A DNA stretch of 63,364 nucleotides, counting the filler, from Sluysia triapertura (Eukaryota), in NCBI GenBank assembly GCA_046118255.1. It is 4 parts of 4 records of this genome, joined end to end, with 100 filler letters (N's around TTAATTAATTAA, not from the genome) between each part and the next. Parts side by side here need not be neighbours in the genome. Positions count along the whole stretch, not along the records: positions 1 to 26,179 come from JBJNIA010144165.1; 3 more parts are not named here. One strand, given 5' to 3'. Of the stretch, positions 13,623 through 25,975 are shown piece by piece. The notes beneath the pieces are model-generated. The model was not told where the DNA came from, ran no database searches, and saw nothing but the letters and a program-made list of their open reading frames with translations. The position numbers were made by a program, and so were the translations under genes. The first letter of the stretch is position 1. Every line of letters begins with the position of its first letter.

Positions 13623-14435
13623 TTAAAGTGATTTTGTAATTAGCCTTAATCACCAACTGAAAATTAAGTATTTTGAGTAAAGATTTCAACTCTGACGAGT
13701 TTTCACTTTATTTAGAATACTTCAAACGACTTATTATAAAGATCCACTTTTTTCTTTTAATCAGCCAATTGTCATTAATATTTTTGTAGCATGTGTTCCA
13801 CTTGAAATTAAATTGCGCACTGCATGACTAAAAGTTATTTACTGAGAAGTTAAACAGTATAATTTCAGAGAATTAAAAACAAAAGTTTCGCAAAGTTGAT
13901 ATGTTTATAGTTTACAAATAAGTCTAATTTGTAAAGTAATTGACAAGTTATCAACACAACTTAATGCACAAGTAATAAACCACACTATTGAACAATGTTT
14001 ACGAAGTTAGAATGACAATACTGATATGCCATATCATCGAAACATCATAAAAAATTTTTAATGTATAAGTTTATAGCAACAAATCAATGTACTTTGTTTA
14101 AATAAATCGCTTCATTTAATTTTGCATTTTCACATTTTTTGTTCCATAAATATCTTACAAAAGAATTTCTTTATTATATTTTAATATATAGATTACAAAA
14201 ATTTCACAAACAAATTCAAATTTTATTTCAAAAATAGAAAAGCTATATATACATATATTCATGTTTTAATAATGCTGTTATATATTATTTTGCATTGATG
14301 CAACATATATAACATCTATAAATTGTCAACGTTAAAGTGCATTTTTTTAAAATCTCTTGATATTAAAGGTCACAATATAACTGAAATAATTATATCAAAT
14401 GTTAATATTATTTTTAGTATTATCATCTCAAAACA

Positions 14436-15700
14436 ATGAAATTTGAATTAGATTGTAACTTTAGAGCGATACCAATTTCAAATGATGAAAACATAAAAAG
14501 TAATGTTTTTCGGTCTAATGCAATTGATGATGGAAGTTTGGAAAGTGTATTTTGGTTAAAAGAAATGAAAAATATTCAAACATGTGTCGAGTTACGAGAG
14601 GCGAGAGAATTTCATCAGGATTCCAAATTAAATACTGTTTATGAGACGACGGGTTCAACAATGATTGATTCTGAAGCCAGTAGTGAGCCTTGTCGACGGT
14701 TTCATTAAAAATTTTTTGATTTCTTTTATTACATGAAAGTCATACGTCGCATGTATCTTAAATGGTATATTTTAAATTATATATCAGACAAATGTGGTGA
14801 AGCTCATTTAGATGAAAGCAAAGGTTGTGTTCTGAATTTAGTCATGTTTCTGATATTGTTGAGTTAAATGAATTAAATACAGAAATTAGTGAACGATTTA
14901 TCAATGCCAAAAAGACTCAAGTTATTAAATCCGTAATTGATGGTGATGCGAATGATGTGGTTTTCAATTTAATCGATTTTGAACGAAGTTTTTCCAAAGA
15001 TGAGACACCGATTGCTAGACGTTCATTAAATTTGTCTTTTTTAAATGACATTGTAGAAGATACAATTTACCGTGATATATTTTCATTAGGTATAGTTTTA
15101 GCTGAAGGGTTTTTAAGTCGTGACGAATTTTATAGTTTTGATTTTTTAAATGATTCAATTAAATCATTTCATCTAACTTATGATGATGAATATATACTTG
15201 AATTTATAAATGATTTTAATGGCAAGAATGTTATTGAAGTTAAAGTAGTTGTAGATGGAATGATTAACACTTTAAGTAGGTTAAATAAACTGTGGCATGA
15301 TATAAATTACTTACCTGATGAAACTATTTCCCAAGATTCATTTGGTGATCTTGTTTATTATAATAGTGTTTATCAGTTAGAACTGTTTCAAAATATTATC
15401 ATACACAGTGTTGAAATTTTAAAAGTTCTTCAAGATTTAAATTTAGATTTAGTATTGCACGAATTTTTGATACAAACTCAGAATATTCTTCCAGATCATG
15501 ACCGGATTCTTGAAGTTTTACCAGAAATTCAGAAACCTATTGGTAGATTAGAACGTCAGTCATCAATCCCTCATTTAACAGCTGATTATTTAAATACTTG
15601 CAATTCAAATTATCGATTGCTCAATATTGTTTTCTTTAGTGAAATGTATGGGCTTTGGAAGTTTAAATTATTATATTTTTATAAACTTTTGTGTAATTTA
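14436..15700 (+). pseudogene. Intronless divergent protein-kinase-like gene, broken by one stop and one frameshift
   Basis: ORF 14436-14708 reads on past a single TAA (KFFDFFYYMK...) and then shifts into ORF 14825-15859. Motif-like segments appear in kinase order: IDDGSLESVF (Gly-loop-like), LIDFERS (DFG-like) and DIFSLGIVLAE (subdomain IX). No HRD motif. Confidence 0.45.
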
Positions 15701-15913
15701 AATGTGAATCTAATTTTTAAATATAAGTACAATCACTATTTTGTTTATTTCTTTTGTTTAATCTTTAATGATTTAAAGGTAATAAGTATTAATCATAAAT
15801 TTTATTTCAAATTTAATTACAATTTTAATAACCACATACACCGGCCACCCAAACAGTAAGCTCGTGTATAATAACTAAGAAAAGAAATTTATGCAATTTT
15901 TTCCTTTTTCTTT

Positions 15914-15916
<3 letters not shown>

Positions 15917-15958
<42 letters not shown>
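15917..15958. repeat. (AAT)n microsatellite
   Basis: About 14 AAT units. Confidence 0.95.
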
Positions 15959-15959
<1 letters not shown>

Positions 15960-16032
15960 TTGTTATTGTTATTATCAAATTATTAAATTAATTATCAATT
16001 AAATTTTTATAAAATACCACAATTAGTTACTA

Positions 16033-16201
16033 CTATCACCAGTGTTGACATTGCTCATCACAATCTTTATTATCGTGTCAACACTGATGATGGCCAACCA
16101 TCAGTAATCATTGTTTTGTTGATCAGTTTGTTCTTTGTACCTGTCATCCAATCAGGACTAATTTTATTAAACTGTATACTAGGAAACCCTGATTGGATGA
16201 C
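16033..16201. other. Double inverted-repeat module
   Basis: Arms 16033-16050 and 16076-16093 (16/18 match), and 16143-16156 and 16188-16201 (14/14, GTCATCCAATCAGG). Confidence 0.85.
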
Positions 16202-16424
16202 CAAGCACGTTTTTATAACTAAGAGTACTGCTAAAAATAGGCATCCTAAAAATAAATAGTTGTGCTAAATTTTGTTTATTATAAAGTAAGACAACTACTT
16301 AATATTATTTTAGTAAATAATGCAAACATATGATGTTGAATAGTTTGATAAAAAGAAATGGCGAAAGGTAATTTTTAAATATGAAACTAAAAGAAGAGTT
16401 AAATCATATATTTATATACATATA

Positions 16425-16961
16425 ATGGAACTAGAAACCAGGAAAACTATTGTATTATATCAGTTATTTGGTTGTAATTCTACAAGTGATGAGAAAATTA
16501 TTGTTTTATTTAGTAAAAATGACTTTTTTGATTTCCTCGAAATCGTTAAAGTTGCGGATGAAATTATATGATGAATTAAATAAGTATATCCCAAGTAGAA
16601 ATGACTACGTTGAAACAGAGGATTTTTCAAAACAAAAAGACTATCGAATTAGACAAAAAGCAGAATTCTTTTGTCTAATTTTTCAGAACAAAAGCTGTCT
16701 ATTACTAAAAGATGGTTTATGCATGATCTAGCTGACGTAAGATTGGAACTTGATAAACAAAATATTAAATTAGATACAATTAAAAATTCAAAAGGTGTTT
16801 TTAAAGTTTTACCAAAATCAGTAGACAATTCAAAAACTCTACTGCGAGTATTTCCAAGTAATTCAAAGCATCGAAATCATGACGATTCATCTTTATTTGT
16901 AAAAGTCAATTTTCATATGATTTTTGTATATAAAAATAAATATCTTTATCAACCAAAATAG
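16425..16961 (+). pseudogene. Frameshifted intronless orphan gene
   Basis: The ATG at 16425 (MELETRKTIVLY...) joins ORFs 16450-16731 and 16671-16961 through two frameshifts. No recognised homology. Confidence 0.45.
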
Positions 16962-18869
16962 AAAATTTTGTTATATTTGCTTTACAAAAGTTTATTTCAT
17001 ATAATTTTCAGTTAACACATCAAATTTTGTAGTTGGCAGCATAACATATTATTATTATTAATTTAATCAATAGACATATTAAGTATAATTTTTAATTTTT
17101 ATTATCATAATTTGGATTTTGCATTTTAATCCTATCTTTTTAAATAATTTATATTGCATTTCACCATTAACATTCGTTAATTTATGCAAACATTCAGTAT
17201 TTATTTTAATCAATTTTAAAACAATTTTAGCTTTACACATTTATAACATTTAGATTTTAAATCTGGTTTAGCACTAAGTACTACTAAGTAGAAATATTGG
17301 CTCGTTATTAACTTAATTAAATAACATTAAACATTTTATTTATTTCCAATCAAACATTTCATTAAGAAAGTATCCATCGCTCATGGTTCAAAATATTTGT
17401 CAACCATTTATTTAACACATTGAATGCCATGGGGGTCACCGGTGAAGCCAAAATTAGTAGAAACACATACTGAGCAATTCATTTTGGCAAGACGGGCAAG
17501 CCATGTAAAATTAGCGTGTTAATCCACAATTCTATTAAAGTTTTTGTAATGAATGGTTAACATTTACAAACATTTAATTTATTTATCAAACATTTATTTT
17601 ACATATAGACAAAATTATCAATAAAAAATAGTGATGCATCATGATGGTGCAGAATGCATATTTATTTCTGAACAATTACTTGTTGATAATTTTTCTTATT
17701 TTTACTTTTTTAATTATTATTGTTTTTAGGTAATTCAGTTATACAAAAGTAAAGCACAGTAAGCTTTCTATTTGTTTGTAAACTATAGTTTTATATTATA
17801 TTCACTTAGCTGTTTATTTTACTTATAATCTTACAGCAAACTAACAATTACTTATTTTTAAAAATTGTTATTTTAGTAACAACTTTTGCAAATACTGGAT
17901 TGATTATCCCTTTCAATTAGTGCGTTTTCATTTAGATGTGATGCGTTTTTAGTCAGACGAGTATTAAATCTTGAATGCAAAATGAGCAAGTATTTAAATT
18001 TTATTTTAATGCCGGTTATTATATCCAAAGACTGTGTGAGCAGCAACAAGACCAGCTTCACACCGATTTGTAAGCTCTGTGAATGACTAAGCAAGTAGGA
18101 ATGTCTGCTTTGAAGCCGATACTAATCACTGATTGAATTTCCTCATGAATATAGTGCTTCGTCACAGGTGGCTCATCGCGAAAAGTGAGGTATTATCGAG
18201 ATCATTCCAGTTAATGGATGGAATCTTCTTTTGTGACTGTTGATGTCACTGTTCTGTTACTCATATAGACTCTTCTAAATTTTAGGTTTCTAAACGTAAT
18301 GTCACACCCTCTCTTTACTGTATTTATTCTCTGACTGTGTTATCTTTGAAATCAAATTCTCAAATAGCATTCTGTATAAAGAGTGTATTATTCCTAAGCA
18401 AATTGACACCTACCAATACATTACTCGTTAAGTTGTATAATCTAATGTAGTATAATGTAAATATACAAATTAATTGAAATTTTATTTTAAAATAAAGGCA
18501 ATTTTCGCATTAGGAAATTAATTTTGAAAATAATAAACATTTTTTATAAATAAATAATTTTGGAAACGTAAAAAATTTTTATTATAATTTATGTAATAAT
18601 TTATACTTAATTATTAGAATTTGTTTAAATCTAGACCTTCAGGTCAAATTTATATTATAAAAGCTAAGCATGTACAACAAATGACACACTTAAAGTGAAT
18701 CAGAAAAGGTTCTATACGATCAAGATTTTTAGAAAAATTTGAGTTGAATTTATATGATGAAATCATTATATAAGGTATTTTTTTACAAATTTCATAATTT
18801 AGATCGTATTCTGAATTAGTAAAATGTGTTAGTTTTAATTATTAAATATAAATTAATTATTAAAATTAA

Positions 18870-19197
18870 AATTTTGATGATGAGCATTCTGTGTCAAAAT
18901 GAGCGTTCTATTCATATTTATACGTAAAACTAAGAATGAAATTGATAAATAATACAAATAAATTGATATTATATCATTATAATAATTATTATTATTATTG
19001 TTGTTGTTGTTATTGGTTGTTAAGCAAATCGGATTTATAAGAAGAAAATTACCAAAAGCATTTATATATAATTTACAGAGGATTATCAAAACTATAAATG
19101 CTGCCACTGCTGGTGTTGCTACTGCTATTTGCACTAGAACTTTTAGTAATAATATTTAAAGACTAACTTTACGCCTGTGAATGTGAAGCTAATTGGT
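18870..19197 (+). pseudogene. Ubiquitin-activating E1 (UBA1-like) fragment
   Basis: RIIKTINAATAGVATAIC/LELL resembles [23 protein letters not shown]. It is preceded by FDDE and by an intron-like segment, and ends at a GTAA donor. Confidence 0.4.
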
Positions 19198-19352
19198 AAA
19201 GCTTATTCAAAAGAAAAGATGAATAAGGAAACGCATTTATTAGTATCCTGAAATTACAGATGCACATTATATGATATTTAGAAAATTATTTATCATTTCG
19301 ATATTTGAACATCACTGTAATAGATTAAAACTTTATTTAACTCATTGCTGAC

Positions 19353-20150
19353 TGTAGTGGTCAACCTATCACTTTGAGAATTTTATCCCTTTTACATACA
19401 CTAAAACATTATTCTAACCTTATCAAAACAACCCTATTTCATAACCTTACAATATCAAAATTACATTTCTTCACACTACACAACAACCTTTTTATATTTT
19501 ATTCTTTTCATCCACAAAACCAATTTCCATATCAAAAAATTTAAAATCCACATTCTTATAACATTGAAACCACGATGATATTCAAAACTATCAATTTACA
19601 TTAAAAAATTCATCTAAAATATTTTATCCTTCAATTCATAACAATTCAATTACTACCACATTCGAAATTAACTACTAGACACCTTCAAATCAATTCAAAC
19701 ATTCCAAATTCATAATTCTTTATCATTCAATCTCTAACATCACAGAAAGACAATATTACTTAAAATATCAAGAAAATAAATCACATTTTCAACCTTTTGA
19801 ACATACCAAAAGCTAGACTATAACTTATCTTCTTTTTATACACTAAACTCTTTTCAATACGTGTTAAGCCACACCTCCAAATAGCTAAACATTACTTTCA
19901 TTCAAAAACCAATTTAAACCAATTTAAACATTCATATTATTTCAAAATATTTAAATCATAACTTTTCAATACTCAAACTCATCTTCAGTCAGAAATATTA
20001 ATTGGAATTTAAAAATTCATAGTAAACATTCTACACATTATCGTACAGCATTATAACCACAATCGCACCTTAAAACATCAAGCATACATTTAAAACTAAT
20101 TCAAAACGTCTTAAATCATAAATTCTCAGCATTCAACCTTCCAGATATGT
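19353..20150 (+). repeat. G-poor-strand repeat family beginning TGTAGTGG (relatives at 41593-41960 and, inverted, ~5620-6300, ~6850-6998, ~32690-32937, ~57460-57642)
   Basis: TGTRGTG-like starts, a degenerate internal AAACATTTTAAAYTCATAATT unit, and no G at all between 19379 and 19565. Confidence 0.6.
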
Positions 20151-21112
20151 AAAAACATTAAAGCTTTAAAGATTTAAATATGTTCAGAAATATTCAAAGA
20201 ATTTGAAAGGAAGCTTGTGTTGTAATTATTCAAAGATTTTATGCGTTTCATGATAATAATAACAATGATAATATCATTATTGTTATTATCATTTTTATTA
20301 TTTTTAATTACATAAAAATTATTTTGGTATCTGTCATCATCAGTAATGACATTTTTAATTCGCATATATAGTTTAATGTCACTGTTGATAATGGGTGTGA
20401 TCATAGTTCGGAGTATTTGATTTGTTTGGAGTATGTATGCAATTTTATTCATAAATTAATGAGATTGTCAGATATGCTAAAATTGTAACACAATATACAT
20501 TACACACATATGTATTTATTACTAGTCTTACTATCGCTACTCCTGCCAAGTAAAAAATAGTAACATAAAAAGTTATTTTTAGAAGCAATTCACATTGTAC
20601 ATTATATAATCATTTATAATTACTTACATTTAACACATTAAATTTTTCATAAAAGATAATTTAAAAGTTAAATTAAATGATTGAAAATGAGTTAATTATA
20701 GAATACCTGAAAAGATCTATACTAGTCATATTAACGTATAAAGAATGTTGAAACCTTCAAGAAATTTCAGATTTTATTTATTCATTTAATTTCTGTTCTG
20801 CCATAGAAGCAATAGTATTTTCCGAAAGTTTAATAGACCCAAGCTGATTTTTGATTATGAATTTTGTACAGTTATAAAAGAGATAATTTCGAAAGTTTTT
20901 TTTGAATACCTGCATGATGAAAGTAATCCTGTTACAAATGTTGGTTATAGTGGAATTTGGATTCGGCACGCTATTGGTGAATCAACATTAAATTGTTATA
21001 TTGAATCCCTGAAACTTATTACGAAAATTTTGAATCGTTTTTAATCTGAGAATTCACTTCTAAGAGATCTTGAAATGTTTGAAACATTTTTTGGATTATC
21101 AAAATCGATTAA

Positions 21113-21170
21113 CCCTTTCACTACCAAACCTTTTTTGGTCCCATTTTATAATATTAACTTAATTGGCTAA
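21113..21170. mobile_element. piggyBac-type terminus fragment
   Basis: TTAA followed by CCCTTTCACTACC; partner end not found. Confidence 0.5.
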
Positions 21171-21559
21171 TAACTATATGCATTGCAGTGTGTCAAAACT
21201 CAAAGCTATCCAATTTACCCAGAGTAACATTTAAAAATCATCACATGCGGCTACTTATTAATACATCCTCATATCATTTCATATCATTAACAATATTTAT
21301 ATTATCTTTATATCTTCTACAATTTCATCTTACATCAACCTAAACTGAAGTCGTAATTTTAAATCAATTATTAAAATTAAGTGTGTGTTATCATTATATT
21401 ATTATTGCGTTACTTTTATTATATTTTCGTTATTTTGTTTTTTATCATTAAAAATAAAATTTTTTATTGTGTTTAAAGAATAATTAAGGCTTTTACCGGT
21501 GAATACAAAAATTTTTCAATTTAAATTTACAATTAATTACACGTGAAATATCAAAATTT

Positions 21560-22060
21560 TAATGAAAAATTTATAAAAGTTTACATTTGTAAGAAACAAA
21601 AATTACTGAATAAGATCATTGGTGAAGATGAAAATAAAAATGAAAAAACAAAAACTTTGTTACGTTGACGCATAATTTTTTCCTAATCATTCATTAAAAA
21701 CAAAATTGGCAGTTATAGCCGAACTTTGCGGCAACATGTTAATAATTTTTCAGATAGATTAACTGAACAGAAATCAAAAATAAATTATGATCTACTGAAT
21801 GATAAAATAATAAATACGGTTGCTTTGACAACTTTTCTGACTTCTGTTATCGATAAATTGTCATTAAAGACAAAGTTAATGAATATTTAGAAGCTGGCAA
21901 ATTATCACAGATTGTCATTATTACATATGAACTTTACTCTCTTGAGAGTCAACGAAGATTCAATAAACCAGAATTAAGACATAACATTTTAGAAATTACC
22001 ATGCATCTAATTCAACATGAAATATAGTGTTTACTGGATCATGAAATAGGCATACATTTC
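21560..22060 (+). pseudogene. MATCAP/KIAA0895-like (DUF1704) metallocarboxypeptidase fragment
   Basis: VNEYLEAGKLSQIVIITY...*CLLDHEIGIHF (cf. GMLRHEIGTHY), followed by a GTTAGT donor-like site. Contains stops and frameshifts. Confidence 0.6.
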
Positions 22061-22205
22061 GTTAGTGTCATTAAATTTACTACCGGTCATGTGACCGGTA
22101 CCTATAAAAACCTAAATTTCGGGTTAATTCAATGTTAGTATATTAAATAAAGTTAAAGTGTGAAGGGCATTATTATTATTTTTATTTTATGTAACACTAC
22201 TTTAC

Positions 22206-22856
22206 TCAAACAAAACTATTTAGATCTATTTTATTTTTATTCACGAAAATGGGCTTAAGGCCCGAATTGATTAAAAACGAACTAATAATTTGAATATTTA
22301 ATGAAATGACAAGATTGAACAACATGATATTATTTATAAAAAAGTATATTAAATATAATTCTTTTAAATATAAAATAAACAATAAACAAATAAAGTTTTG
22401 AACATTTAACATAAATCGCATACTTCTAACAATAAAAATTATAGCTTCTTTTCTTTCTCCTTTTTCTGCAGCTGCACGTTGATTTAATTGTTTAGCATAA
22501 TCAGAATCGTTTATCATCGTCAAATGTTCTAAATTAAAATCCATTTCTGTTTTATTTTCATCAGTAACACCAGAACCAGGAGGACCACCATCGACAGCGA
22601 CAGCAATATTATCGTCACCATCATTTGCGGAATATTTATGACCGTCGTCAGCATCAATTGAAAGATGTGTTGATTCATAACTTGTGTAATTAGCTTTTTC
22701 ATTCAAATATGTAATTAAATTAGATATTTCCGTGTAGTAGAAACTTTTCGTGATGCCTTTTTTTGATGAACAAATGTTTGATTTGCAAAATAATACCGTA
22801 AAAGCAATTCTCTTTATGAAGAGCATTACTTGTCTTCCAGAATATAAATGTAACAA
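22206..22856 (-). CDS. Orphan ORF; probably starts near 22950 with an in-frame stop
   Basis: 216-aa ORF with a GC-richer acidic/Gly core (DGGPPGSG); the hydrophobic tail is probably AT-rich read-through. Confidence 0.4.
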   Translation of the reverse strand: MLHLYSGRQVMLFIKRIAFTVLFCKSNICSSKKGITKSFYYTEISNLITYLNEKANYTSYESTHLSIDADDGHKYSANDGDDNIAVAVDGGPPGSGVTDENKTEMDFNLEHLTMINDSDYAKQLNQRAAAEKGERKEAIIFIVRSMRFMLNVQNFICLLFILYLKELYLIYFFINNIMLFNLVISLNIQIISSFLINSGLKPIFVNKNKIDLNSFV

Positions 22857-23119
22857 ATAACATTAAAACCAATAAAAATAATACGAAAATTGCAAGACCA
22901 AAGCAGTTATAAACCGAACATCGTGATCAAACATTGCTAGTGTTATATTCATATTTCCAATGGCAATAAATATTGATTTTATTTTCAATTAATTATTTTA
23001 TAATATATACGATTATGTATAAAAGATAATTATATAATAAAAGTATAACGATAAAGACAATACATTATAGTGTATTATAATTATGTATTCAAATTTTGTT
23101 TTTAGTATTTTAATTATTC

Positions 23120-25975
23120 AAACATAGTCTTGCATGGTTTCAATATACATCGACATTTTATCATGCATTGGAGATGTTACACTAAATTTACAAATAGTCA
23201 TGAATACAAATTTAATATTTCATGTGATAAAATATTGTGAACATTCGAACATATTTCTCTCGAATATATCCATTCGTTTTATAACAATGTCGATGGTATC
23301 ATTTAAACTTTCCAGTTGTGTTACAATTTCTTTAAGAAAAGATGATAATATTGATTCGGTATTTTTCAGACTTTGACTTAAAGGTTGTACACGATCTAAA
23401 AGATTACTATAACTTACTGGACATTTTTGTTGATAGTTTGTTTGGAAAAAATAAATATCGTCATCGTTGTCATCAAAATCAAAATAATTTGTTTGTGTTT
23501 CTGTACAATAAAGGATTTTAAGTAGTTCTTTCGATTTTTCCATATCTTCACATTCGTTAGGTTCTACAAATTTCGTTTGAATGCTTGATTTGTTTTTCTC
23601 GGATTGTTTTTGTGAAATATTTTTCAATATAGAAATATCTTCAAACGAAACACCTTGAAAACTGTTACAATTTTCTGATGATTGTAAATTTTTCACAATT
23701 TTATCAGCAACAATTTCACTTTTCGTTTTTGGTTTAATTGAATTATTTTTTGTCAACTCCAAACTTAAATTTGATACTTCATTATTTTGATCAGACAAAA
23801 TATTTTCAAGTTTTGACTTTATTACTATATTCTGGTTATTAGGTAATACATTAGAACCTTCTAAATTTTCATTTTTGTGTCGATATTTGTTTGTTTTTTT
23901 ACTTTAGAATCTTTTGACGGTTTTCGTTTTTTATCTGATTTTTTAGATGATTTTCGTTTTTTTTCTTTTTGTTTTTGAATATTTCTTCGTACATCTTTTA
24001 CGTTTTTTATAAGTTGAAGATGAAGTGGTAGTAATTGTAGTAGTTGTGGTAGTAGACGTAGGTGAACTAGATGTCGAATATTTTGACGATGTTTCAGAAT
24101 ATGAGCTAAATGATGACATTGATTCAGTTGAAAATGAATTAGTTCGGGAAGGTAAATTGGATATTATTGTTTCTCTTTTTGATTTAATGTTTTTATCTAA
24201 GTTACTGTTTTTACTATCACGTTTTTGATTGGAAGCATCTGTTTCTTTGAACTTAGTCGATTTTTCTTTTTGTACATCTTTAGGATTTTCTTTATCAGTA
24301 TTTAATTTTATTGGTGGTGGTAACAAAGTTATTTGCTCTTGATTTTCTTTGGGCATTACAGAAACCTTATTTATTGGTTCGTACTTTTCTAATATTTTTC
24401 TATCAATTGAAGGATTAGCCGACTTTTTACTTTTCAAAAAATCCAATGGTTTGTTACGAAATTCTTCAAGACTCATTGGTTTTTCCGGTTCTTCAGGTGG
24501 TGGTGTAGGCGCCTCAGGTAAGATTCCTTTAATTTTACTCTCGACAGGTTTAGGTGTTTTTTTGCGTTGATATCGTTTTTTAAAATTATAATTCAATGCA
24601 TCAAATAAGCTATATTCCGGATAATCAGTATTGTTTGGATTGTCGTTGAATAGTTTACTAATTAACCTTGAAGAATCATGATTATCAAATGCTTGAATTT
24701 CCAATTGACGTTCTTTGCGTAGTCGAGCTGCTTCAATTGTCATTTCTTTGGCTTTTTTACGGTCCTCTTCTCGGCGAGCTATTTTCCGCTGTTTCTGTGC
24801 TTCAATATATTCATTTACTTTGGGTTCTTCTGTTGGTTCTTCCTGCTTTTTTATTGTATCTGTCATATCTTCTGAAACTCTTGTATGCTGAAGAAGATTT
24901 TTTAATGGTGCTATACGTTGAATATCATCACTTATTACAAATTCTGAAATATTATCATTATTTAGTATATCTTCTGGTACATCATTTAAACTATTGTTAT
25001 TATACTGGGATTTTATTTCTTCAAGAATTACAACTTCTTGAATATCATGATTTAAAACTTTATTATAATTATAATATTTGTCATTATTAATCTGATACTT
25101 TGGTGGTTTCATAATTAAATTTGATTCATGATGAGGTTTGGAACATCTAACTGTTATACTACTACTGTAATTAAGGTGTCCTGAATCTGGCGGAATTATA
25201 AATTTATTTTGCGGTATAACAAATTGAGGCTGAAATTGTTTTTCAAATGTTGAAACAAAATTGTGAACTGATTTACCAGTAATATTATTAGTAGCATTTA
25301 AATCCATATAAACATTTCTATATTCTTCATACAATATTATTACAGCACTATGAAATAATTCCAAATTTTCTCTATTAGTACAATATAAACAAATGCATTT
25401 TTTACGACCAACTATTTCATCAATTACAAATTTAAATATTTTCATAATCAAAAATTGTTTATTTTGTAAAACGTTTACTTTTGCTAATCGTTTTCTAAAT
25501 TTATTTTCCAAATCTTCATCAAATTCTATAGTTTTAGTAACATAATCTAGAAAATTTTGCTCATATAAGTCAGCATAATCTTCAAAGACTTCAGAATTGA
25601 TATCATCACTTGTTATTTTTGTTTTAGCTTTTGAATGAAATAAATTTGATATTTTATCTCGAAATTTATTAATAAAATCCATAAATTTGTTATTTTGATT
25701 TTCATTATTATAATTATGATTATTATTAATATTAAATTTAATTGTTTTTGGTAATTTTAATTGTCTTTGTTGATTATCAAATGTAGTGTTTTCAAAATAC
25801 AAATCATAATAATGTTCATATAATTTCTTATATTTGTCATAAAGTTTATTAAATCCGTCAGCTTGGGCATTTAAAATCAATCCATAACTACACAATGATT
25901 TACATTTGCAAGGTCGTATTATTTTATTTTCTACTAATCTTTTATCGTAATCTTGTTGCTCTTTATTATTATATA
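23120..25975 (-). CDS. Large intronless orphan gene (~900+ aa) with frameshifts; includes ORFs 23943-25895 and 23220-23798
   Basis: A 650-codon open frame is not expected by chance at this AT content. The frame extends upstream through IIRPCKCKSLC, and the 145-bp spacer to the 192-aa ORF is bridged by coding-like frames across A-runs. Contains a charged helix, a Pro-rich patch, a Ser/Thr run and a basic NLS-like tract. Confidence 0.65.

Noticed and set aside
24025-25090. Plus-strand ORFs 24025-24228, 24349-24570 and 24668-25090 (likewise 53497-53925, 47197-47418, 56737-56967)
   Set aside because: Antisense shadows of coding or pseudogene sequence on the other strand.
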